Source: Octopus sinensis (Eukaryota). Taken from it: a stretch of 31,559 nt of DNA. The notes under the pieces are model-generated. The model worked only from the letters and a program-made list of their open reading frames with translations. It searched no databases and was not told where the DNA came from. Of the stretch, positions 22,658 to 31,559 are shown piece after piece (position 1 is the stretch's first letter; every line of letters starts with the position of its first letter). Both the position numbers and the translations under genes were made by a program. The stretch is taken from NCBI RefSeq assembly GCF_006345805.1, contig NW_021832496.1:1-31559 (forward strand), written 5' to 3'.

Positions 22658-23339
22658 AACCACGCTTTTCAATAATTTCTCCCTCTCTTTCTGCATTAGC
22701 AATCAACTAACCGTATAATGTCTTTTTGTTGACCTTATGTTTCTTTCTGAGAAACAGGCTTTATTTTGAATGTTTCATGCCGTTTCCTTCGTAAACACAC
22801 ATAGTCTCATGTCTTTAGCCTTACTACACACGTATTTCGTCTTGTACTTCTTTTCACTGCTTCCAGTACAGATATTTTCTTTTGTCACTTATTCTCCTAT
22901 TATGTGGAATTTGGTGCTTTTAAAGAAAGCTGAAATCATTCTGGTACCTCTCGGTTTGTTAGTTTTTTTCTTTCTCTTTTCAGAACAAAAAACCATCATC
23001 ACGATAAAGACCTCCTACAATATGAAGGAATTTTAATCTGGATTTAGATGAGAAGTATAAACTAAGGAAGTCGCTCACCTAAGCTGAGTCTTACTTTCAT
23101 CCTGATGCCGAACACTATGTTAGTGTGTGCTTTTTCTTATCTACACATGGAAATTTTAATTTTTCGAAATTTTTTTCTAATTTTTCTAATTTTTTTTTTA
23201 GATCACAGTTTAAAACACGGACAATCCGAATAGACTTTACTTAAATCCCAGCAATAAACCATTAAATGTGTTTATGGGGAGAACGCTACTGAAAAACATC
23301 AATACGTCACAATGACAAACAAACGAGGACGGTATGAAA

Positions 23340-23763
23340 GGGTCGGTGAGCTGGCAGAAACGTTAGCACGCCGGGCGAAATGCTTAGCGGTATTTCGTCG
23401 TTGTGAGTTCAAATTCCGCCGAGGTCGACTTTGCCTTTCATCCTTTCGGGGTCGATAAATTAAGTACCAGTTACGCACTGAGGTCGATCTAATCGACTTA
23501 ATCCGTTTGTTTGTCCTTGTTTGTCCCCTCTGTGTTTAGCCCCTTGTGGGTAGTAAAGAAATAGGTATGAAATGGCAGAATCGTTAGCACGCCGGGCGAA
23601 ATAAGGCGGCGAGCTGGCAGAAACATTAACACGCCGGGCGAAATGCTTAGCAGTATTTCGTCTGCTGCTATGTTCTGAGTTCAAATTCCGCCGAGGTCGA
23701 CTTTGCCTTTCATCCTTTCAGGGTCAATTAAATAAGTACCAGTTACGCACTGGGGTCGATATA
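23340..23763 (+). mobile_element. SINE type A cluster: full copy ~23340-23563, head fragment 23573-23602, 3'-truncated copy 23603-23763
   Basis: Same head, central domain and tail as 229-460. Confidence 0.88.
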
Positions 23764-24059
23764 ATCTGTGTTTTATGAGGGGTTTATGGCGTGCATAAAG
23801 TAGAAATTCACCTTATTTTGTTAGTCCTAGATAAGCGATGGGTTTTGTTAAAAAGAAATAGGTATGAAATGGTCGTGAGAGGAGCTAAAAATGACAGCTA
23901 AATACCCCTTTAATCACACAATTTTTTGTTTTTGCATAGTCGTATGAATTCCCGCATGTAGAGCACACATTCGCAAAAATTTTCTGAAAAGTGAAAGAGC
24001 GATGAGGGGTTTTATGGCCTGCGTAAACTAGAATTTCACCTTGTTTTGTTAGTCTTAGA

Positions 24060-24760
24060 TAAGAAATGTTTTAAAAAAACATCTTGGGTATTGTTCTAAA
24101 ATGGTAGATAGAAGATTTCTTTCTTTTTTTTACGAGTTTTTTTAAAAGGTTTACAAATGTCTCTATTGTCAATTTTTGTTGGATATATTACTCTAAGCGA
24201 TGGGTTTTGTTAAAAATTGCTTTCATGGTTTTTCACAGCAAAGTGCGGTTGTTTTTGTATTTTGGTTGTTGTTAATTCTCAGCAGAGCATCTGTTTATTT
24301 GTGTGAGTATTGATGCCTTTTAAAGTATTCTGTCTATTTTTTTGCATGTCATCTTCATGAAATTCGATAAAAATCTATGGCATGTTTATCGATTTCACAC
24401 GAACAAATATTTTATCACTATTCTTCCTTATTTTTTGTGGACAATAAATCATCCCAGAATCCATTGTTGTATCTTCTGAATTTTATATCCTTAATTAACA
24501 GAAAAAGGACATTTTCACACGATTGGGGTATCTTATTTGAAAGTGGAATTTATGCTTGTTATAGAAAGCTTTCTATCTTAATCTCTTCATGCAATGGTCC
24601 GTATAAGACATTTGAAGTAGTTTTTCTTTAAAGGGTTGACTATATTTCTTGTAGGGAGGTCTATCCTTTGTTCCAGTATAATTCTTTTGTAGTTGATAAA
24701 AGAACTGGACATAAAGAAGTGTTATATGTAGATTTGTGTTTGTTTGTCGGAACAAATAAC
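24060..24760 (-). mobile_element. degenerate Penelope-like element, N-terminal part of the RT ORF
   Basis: Frameshifted minus-strand pieces LLIKDIKFRRYNNGF, KIRKNSDKIFV, HFAVKNHESNF*QNPSLRVIYPTKID and LPF*NNTQDV occur in the order of recalled PLE motifs IKNIKFR..N, KI..SDKI.V.ADKT, F.T.KDHK.NF..NP..RLINP.K and W.NT..V. Confidence 0.65.
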
Positions 24761-24999
24761 CAAAATCAATATCTGTTTATAATGAAGTAGAGTATGATAC
24801 ATATATATTGGGTTGGTTAAATTATTATTCTGGAGCATATTCACCATCTACTTCAATTACTACTTACCTTTTGCTTGGAAGACGGCCAGGCCGTCATTTG
24901 AAGATGCTTTTATTAAATTTTGTTATTGTTTTTGTTGCATAAAATTTGTTGAAAAAACAAAGCCGCAATAATTATGCACCAACCCAATACATATAGGCG

Positions 25000-25093
25000 A
25001 TAGTAGAAAACACTTGGCCAAGGTGCCACGCAGTGGGACTGAACCCGGAACCATGTGGTTGGTAAGCAAGCTACTTACCACACAACCACTCCT
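25000..25093 (-). mobile_element. head fragment of SINE type B
   Basis: AAGGTGCCACGCAGTGGGACTGAACCCGGAACCATGTGGTTGGTAAGCAAGCTACTTACCACAC matches the 4888-4951 segment of the full-length type B copy. Confidence 0.85.
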
Positions 25094-25271
25094 AAAAAAA
25101 ATAATAATAAACACTTAACCCTCTTTATAATTGCAAGCTCAACTATTACCTCGAGATCATTCTATACTTTCTCAAAATCACGCAGTTTACCTAAGCAACG
25201 GTTAAAATATTTAACCACTCTTTTACTACTGTAAATTTGTTTTTCCATAGGCACTTCTGACATATTAACTG

Positions 25272-26542
25272 GCTCTCCGTCGGTTGCGACGACGAGGGTT
25301 CCGGTTGATCCGATCCACGGAACAGCCTGCTCGTGAAATTAACATGCAAATGGCTGTGCACTCCACAGACACGTGTACCCTTTACGTGGTTCTCAGGGAG
25401 GTTCAACGTGACACAGAATGTGACGAGGTTGGCCCCTTTTACCAGCTGAGTGGACTGGAGCAACGTGAAAATAAAGCGTCTTGCTCAAGGAAACAACGCG
25501 TCGTCGGTTTTCGAACTCACGATCGCGAGCCGAATACCCTAACCTATTTCTTTATTACCCACAAGGGGCTAAACACAGAGGGGACAAACAAGGACAGACA
25601 TAGGTATTAAGTCGATTACATCAACCCCAGTGCGTAACTGGTACTTAATTTATCGACCCCGAAAGGATGAAAGGCAAAGTCGACCTCGGCGGAATTTGAA
25701 CTCAGAACGTAACGGCAGACGAAATACCTATTTCTTTACTACCCACAAGGGGCTAAACAGAGAGAGGACAAACAAGGACAGACAAACGGATTAAGTCGAT
25801 TACATCGACCCCAGTGCGAAATTGGTACTTTATTTATCGACCCCGAAAGGATGAAAGGCAAAGTCGACCTCGGCGGAATTTGAACTCAGTCGATCACATC
25901 GACCCCAGTGCGTAACTGGTACTTAATTTATCGACCCCGAAAGGATGAAAGGCAAAGTCGACCTCGGCGGAATTTGAACTCAGAACGTAACGACAGACGA
26001 AATACCTATTTCTTTATTGCCCACAAGGAGCTAAACACAGAGGGGACAAACAAGGACAGACAAACGGATTAAGTCGATTACATCGACCCCAGTGCAAAAT
26101 TGGTACTTATTTATCGACCCCGAAAGGATGAAGGCAAAGTCGACCTCGGCGGAATTTGAACAGTCGACACATCGACCCAGTGCGTAACTGGTACTAATTA
26201 TCGACCCCGAAAGGATGAAAGGCAAAGTCGACCTCGGCGGAATTTGAACTCAGAACGTAACGACAGACGAAATCCTATTTCTTTATTGCCCACAAGGAGC
26301 TAAACACAGAGGGACAAACAAGGACAGACAAACGGATTAAGTCGATTACATCGACCCCAGTGCAAAATGGTACTTATTATCGACCCCGAAAGGATGAAAG
26401 GCAAAGTCGACCTCGGCGGAATTTGAATCACACGAACGGCAGACGAAATACCGCTAAGCATTTCGCCCGGCGTGCTAACGTTTCTGCCAGCTCGCCACCT
26501 TATCGTGAGCCGAATACTCTAACCACTAACCCACGGGACTTC
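25272..26542 (-). mobile_element. mosaic SINE (type D head and CORE joined to type C 3' module) interrupted by a SINE A multimer
   Basis: C-type module 25272-25440, CORE and part of head 25441-25544, rest of head 26502-26542. Confidence 0.75.
25545..26501 (-). mobile_element. SINE type A hexameric multimer (one full unit and five truncated units) with 23-bp TSD
   Basis: Units ~26276-26501 (full), 26162-26275, 26007-26161, 25888-26006, 25729-25887, 25545-25728; flanks ATCGCGAGCCGAATACCCTAACC (25522-25544) and ATCGTGAGCCGAATACTCTAACC (26502-26524). Confidence 0.9.
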
Positions 26543-27080
26543 ACCTCAAACATATTATCCCTACCCTCAAAACATTCCAAATTTATATCATGCACGTTGT
26601 TATTGTTTTAGCTTCAATACACGGTCTCAGATCATATCGCCTGCCAGACAAATATATTTCCGAAACATTATTCAGTAAAATAAGTATAAATTACAATGTT
26701 TGCTGTGTGTTTTCAAAGCACTTCGTGTGTTTGTAGCGTGTATCAAAAGTTAAGGTTGGAGCCAAGTCACGGAGAAATATAATCTTAAATCTAGAGAATC
26801 TGCATGAAGAAAGCTATGAATAATATATCCATTTCTCTGCGTGTCTTTACACATAAAGAAGACAAGCAATAAACTATTTCATCTTCATATTAATCGTAGG
26901 ATTGATCTCTCGTATGAACAACACTTGTCCTTATTTATGAGAACAGTATTAAGAAAGCTAAAAGTAATTCGGCATTTGAATAAGTAACGATAGATAAAGA
27001 GGAAAATAAACACAGTTAATTGATTTTAATTTTGTGAGAATATTTTATGAGCCATATCTTTTATATTCTACTTGTTGCAA

Positions 27081-27448
27081 TATGGAGGCACAATGGCCCA
27101 GTGGTTAGGGCAGCGGACTCGCGGTCATAGGATAGCGGTTTCAATTGTGAGTGTTTATTGAGCGAAAACACCTGAAGCTCCACGAGGCTCCGGCAGGGGA
27201 TGGTGGTGATCCCTGCTGTACTCTTTCACCACAACTTTCTCTTACTTCCTGTTTCTGTTGTACCTGTACTTCAAAGGGCCGGCCTTGTCACTCTCTGTGT
27301 CACGCTGAATATCCCCGAGAACTACGTTAAGGGTACACGTGTCTGTGGAGTGCTCAGCCACTTACACGTTAATTTCACGAGCAGGCTGCTCCGTTGATTC
27401 GGATCAACCGGAACCCTCATCGTCGTAACCGACGGAGTGCTTCCATCC
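27081..27448 (+). mobile_element. SINE type C with 10-bp TSD and a deletion through the B-box region
   Basis: Colinear with 1081-1472 except for loss of ~15 bp after GCGGTTTC; direct repeat ACTTGTTGCA at 27070-27079 and 27449-27458. Confidence 0.9.
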
Positions 27449-27532
27449 ACTTGTTGCAGTTGACTGCGACTGAACTGGGGACACACCACCTTGAAGAATT
27501 TTAGTCGAACTTATCGACCCCAGTACATATTT
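27449..27532 (-). mobile_element. 5'-truncated 3' module of SINE type B
   Basis: ACTTGTTGCAGTTGACTGCG...CACCACCTTGAAGAATTTTAGTCGAACTTATCGACCCCAGTAC aligns to the type B tail. Confidence 0.65.
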
Positions 27533-27980
27533 TTTTACTATTATATTGTGATCGCAAGGAATACTCATGTCAATTAATAAACACACCTTTTTTTGTCTGA
27601 TCTTTTATAATAATATCCGGCTTATTAGCTTTTATAGTTTTTTTCGGTATGTACGGGGAAGTCCCAGAAAATCGACACATTTTCTCCCTTAGTCACAGCG
27701 GTTTTGATTTTCTCCCTTTGTCAGCGGTTTTGATTTTATAATGCCGACATATTGTCCAGTGTAAATACTGGCCGACTCTGTCATGTCTTGCTTTATATTC
27801 TGCAGGTGCTAAGACTCTACTCTCTGAGATTAGGTGGTCTATAGTTTCAACTTCATCGTTACAGAATCGGCATTTTGGGTCAACTCCATTTTTTTTTATC
27901 ACATTTGCTTGGTAGTTCCGACTTAGTAAGCTTTGGTCTTGAGCAACCATTGATGCGTGTGTTTCAGGTCAACATCAGCT
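27530..27980 (-). mobile_element. R4/Dong-clade non-LTR retrotransposon fragment (RT C-terminus, CCHC knuckle, restriction-like endonuclease)
   Basis: ADVDLKHTHQWL / AQDQSLLSRNYQANVI..GVDPKCRFCNDEVETIDHLISE...EYKARHDRVGQYLHWTICRHY / IFWDFPVHTEKTIKANKPDIIIKD..CLLIDMSIP: CxxC-H knuckle, RHD motif and PD...D endonuclease motif; frameshifted. Confidence 0.88.
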
Positions 27981-28011
27981 TATTATTATTATTATTATTA
28001 TTATTATTCTA

Positions 28012-28042
<31 letters not shown>

Positions 28043-28150
28043 TATTATTATTATTATTATAATTATTATTATATTATATCACGTTGTTGTTGTGTTATTA
28101 TTATTATTACTATTACTATTATTATGATTATTATTATTATTATTATTATT
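27981..28150. repeat. (ATT)n microsatellite
   Basis: Direct reading. Confidence 0.95.
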
Positions 28151-28694
28151 GAGTGAGAGAGCAGTTCATGCCATCAGTGACACTGGGGTAAAAATATACG
28201 AAGCCCACTATACCCATCATGACTACCCGTCTGATTAAAGGTACACCAGGCACATGCATCACAACCATATGTGCGCGACATGGTGATCTCATATCAGATA
28301 AACAGCACATGACCTGCGGTGGGGCCCAGTTAGAATTTTCTTCAGGTTGTAGCCCATCCCGCTCAAACGGTCCCTGAATAAGGGTTGCTTTAGATGTGAA
28401 CGAAACCACCCTATGTTTCCAGAGGTGAACCATTCAACCCAAAGAATCCCTCTCAACACATGGCCATGATGCTCCCCCACTACTCTGCTCGTGATCAGAG
28501 ATGCACATATCGTCAGCCACTAAGGACATGCTCAACTGGTTATAGTAAACAATGACAAGCAAATCTGTGGTATGAGCAGAATATTTGCTGTAGCCCATCT
28601 TTATACCAAGACAAAACAATGTACATGATAACACTTTCCAATCAGTTTAAGATCAGAAGCCATGAGAGCCACTGCCTGGTACTGCATCAGGGCA

Positions 28695-28696
<2 letters not shown>
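28151..28696 (-). mobile_element. ~550-bp non-coding interspersed element (family G) bounded by (AAT)n on both sides
   Basis: Second copy at 29620-30040; no tRNA head or TIR; strand inferred from the shared end ...CTGCTCTCTC(ACTC) followed by (AAT)n. Confidence 0.75.
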
Positions 28697-28699
<3 letters not shown>

Positions 28700-28731
<32 letters not shown>

Positions 28732-29255
28732 TATTATTATTATTATTACTATTACTATTACTATTATTATATTATTATTACTATTACGATTACTATAATA
28801 ATTATTATTATTACATATTACTATTACTAGTATTATTATATTATTATTATTATTATATTCTTATTATTATTATATTATTATATTATTATTATTATATTAT
28901 TATTCAGTAGTTTTTTTTATCGTGCTTCAATTAACTACAGAGTGCAGCTCTGTGTGCCTTGTATGTGCTGTGATGCTCTTATGGTTACTGTATCGAAAGT
29001 GTTTGCGTAGGATGTGGGCAGTGCCTAGTAGTGGCAATTTCTGTATATTATATGTGCTTGTAAGTCTTGTTTGTTATGTATTTGTCTGAATATTTTTTTT
29101 ATCATGCCTATGCACCTACTATGATAGGAATTGTTTCTGTTTTTAGGAATCTACATTCGAGTACCCTCTATTTCCAGGTCTTTGTATTTTGAAAAAGTTC
29201 TCCATTCTTTTAGAGACACGTTGTCATCTGCTTATTATTATTATTATTATTATTA

Positions 29256-29290
<35 letters not shown>

Positions 29291-29486
29291 GTATTATTTT
29301 ATTATTATATTTATATTATATTATTATTATTATTATTATTTATTATTATTATTATATTAATATTTATTATGTTATTATTATTATTTTATTAATATTATAT
29401 TATATTATATTATTATTATCATCATCATCATCATCATCATCATCATCGTAGGTCGTCGTCGTCGTCATCATCGTCGTCATCATCAT

Positions 29487-29517
<31 letters not shown>

Positions 29518-29619
29518 CCATATCATTATTTATTATGATTATTATTTTATTATTATATTATTATTTTTATTATTATTGTTGGTTGTGGTTGTTGTTGTTG
29601 TTGTTGTTATTATTATTAT
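28700..29619. repeat. (ATT)n, (ATC)n, (GTC)n and (GTT)n tracts (28700-28904, 29232-29619)
   Basis: Direct reading. Confidence 0.92.
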
Positions 29620-30040
29620 GAGAGAGCAGAGCATTGCATGAAAGTGACACTGGGGTAAATATATGAAGCCCAGTACACCCATCATGACTACCGTGTGATA
29701 AGGGTAAACGAGGCACTGCATCAACAACCATATGTGCGCGACATGGTGATCTCATATCAATGTAAACAGCACTGACCTTGCACGTGGGGCCAGTTGGAGT
29801 TTTCTTCAGGTCGATTAACCCATCCGCTTAAAAGGTCCCGAAAGGTTGTTTAAGAATTTGAACGGAACACATTGTTTCCAGAGGTGAATTATTCAAAACC
29901 CCAAAGAACCTCTCAACACACGGCTATGATGCTCCCTCACAACTTCTGCTCGTGATCAGAGATTGCACATATCGTCAGCATTAAGAGACATGCTTCAACT
30001 GGCTACGGTCAAACACTGACAAAGCAAATCTGTTGTATTG
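29620..30040 (-). mobile_element. truncated copy of family G
   Basis: Colinear with 28153-~28575, with many small indels; abuts a SINE B tail fragment at 30041-30090. Confidence 0.8.
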
Positions 30041-30135
30041 ACATGGCCGCAGTCAAATGACTGTTGAAACAAGTAAGAGAGAAAGAGAGAGAGAGTGTGT
30101 GTGTATGTATATATCCATATATATTATATATATTA

Positions 30136-30168
<33 letters not shown>

Positions 30169-30211
30169 AATACATACATACATACCTATATTATATATAT
30201 ATCCGTCGCCA

Positions 30212-30410
30212 TGATAGATCGTTAGCCACTACACAGCCATTTTTTCTTTCCTTGTCTCTCGTTGTTTTTTTCTGTGTCCCTTTGTAGAAGAGCGTATGCT
30301 CGAAACGTAAAAGACTTCTTTTCAATTCTGAGCGTTATACTATACATCTGTTTGTTTTGTACACCACCTGTCTTCGTCTTTTGTTTTTTTCGTAAAAACT
30401 CTCCCTATAT
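30212..30410 (+). mobile_element. second copy of family E (hammerhead-like motif at 30277-30314)
   Basis: TTGTAGA-A-GAGC-GTAT-GCTC-GAAAC-GTA-AAAGA; colinear with 11779-11965. Confidence 0.75.
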
Positions 30411-30416
30411 ATATAT

Positions 30417-30462
<46 letters not shown>

Positions 30463-30962
30463 CTATAATATATATATATATATTATATATATATTTGCCG
30501 ATTTCTGGTGTCTACTGTAGTAAAATAAGACAACGAATACAAAAAAAAAGTTCGAAACGGTGATAAAAACTTTAAACTTCTTAAAGTTAATTTCAAAACT
30601 TAAAATATACATAGAATAATAACTGGTAGGGTAACACCAAACATATACTTCCGCTGTTCATTTTCGCAACCATCCCACTGCATGTTGTTGTTGTTGTTGC
30701 TGTTAGTGTTGTTCTAGTTGTTTTTTGTTGTTGTTGATGTACACAGAGTGCAATTCTTTCGTTTGTCTGCCCGTCGAGTATCTGTTTCGCTTGTTCGTTT
30801 TGTGTTTGTTGTGTTTGTTATTTCTGTTGAGGCTGATGTTCTTGTTTTTTTTTTTGTTGCTTCTGTCGCTGTTCTTGAAGCTCAAAACATTGATGTAGGT
30901 CGGCACATGGCCGATTCTCAAATGTTAACGTTTGACAGTTCAATGCAAATAATAAATACATA

Positions 30963-31017
30963 ATGACAGATGATATATGATATATGATATATAGATACAT
31001 ATGATATATATGATATT

Positions 31018-31070
<53 letters not shown>

Positions 31071-31230
31071 GAATATATATAATACATATATATATATATA
31101 CATATATATACATATATATATATACATACATACATACATACATACATACATACATACATACATACATTATATTATATATATATATATATATATATATGTA
31201 CTATATATATATGTGTATATATATATACAT
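30963..31230. repeat. (GATAT)/(TA)n/(CATA)n tract
   Basis: Direct reading. Confidence 0.93.
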
Positions 31231-31233
31231 ACA

Positions 31234-31350
31234 AACTGGGACAAGAACGAAAACATTTAGAAGACGATACAAAAAACGCGGACGGGACATTCGAAGCCTT
31301 CAATCTTCAGTCCAAAAACCGGATCATCCTCGCAATTTCGGCTGATTATA
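31234..31350 (-). repeat. second copy of repeat family F
   Basis: Reverse complement of ~12702-12855. Confidence 0.7.
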
Positions 31351-31375
31351 TATATATATATTATATAGTGTGTGT

Positions 31376-31409
<34 letters not shown>

Positions 31410-31559
31410 CATACATACACATACATAAGAGAGTAATACACAGAGGCATATCTCTCTCTCTATCTATCTATCTATCTATCTCTCTATCTATATATATGTG
31501 TGTATAAAAGCATATACACATTCATATATGTATATGTTCATATATGTTATATATGTAAG

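Noticed and set aside
22633-22670. Rho-independent terminator or CRESS-virus origin
   Set aside because: Eukaryotic context; the loop is 3 nt with no nonanucleotide motif, and no Rep ORF is nearby.
22185-22718. ORFs of 173, 136 and 88 aa across the tandem repeat
   Set aside because: They arise from repetition of a stop-poor unit with frame changes between units; no recognisable protein.
22962-23050. Strong acceptor-like pyrimidine tract ending TTTTCAG at 22983
   Set aside because: All three frames stop within ~65 bp before any donor; it cannot be supported without transcript data.
28600-28696. HDV-like ribozyme at the inferred 5' end of family G
   Set aside because: A P4-like hairpin exists, but I could not build P1, P1.1 and P3 or place the catalytic C.

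Overview
AT-rich animal DNA made almost entirely of repeats. No intact protein-coding gene, tRNA/rRNA gene or CRISPR array can be supported, and nearly all ORF-track entries are translations of microsatellites or SINEs. The repeat landscape points to a coleoid cephalopod, probably Octopus (inference from recalled repeat families, not a database search). It comprises four interrelated tRNA-headed SINE types (my labels A-D, some with CORE-like domains) and very long (TA)/(CA)/(CATA)/(AAT) tracts. Recognisable decayed autonomous elements are a 1.2-kb Tc1/mariner DD37D-like transposon with TIRs and TA duplication (14162-15361), the 3' end of an RTE LINE (7207-7469), an R4/Dong-type LINE fragment with CCHC knuckle and restriction-like endonuclease motifs (27530-27980), and a Penelope-like RT relic (24060-24760). 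The most unusual structure is a CpG- and palindrome-rich ~1-kb module at 21694-22683. It holds three 143-bp tandem units carrying CCAAT, octamer, CSL-like and E2F-like motifs. The unit junctions fall at the apex of a perfect terminal hairpin, and an inverted partial copy lies upstream. Also notable are several minimal type-I hammerhead-like motifs, one with a family-wide non-canonical core; two insertions into the same anticodon region of CORE-SINE heads; and a (AAT)n-flanked ~550-bp element beside the Dong fragment. Some single-base dropouts in tandem copies may be long-read consensus errors.
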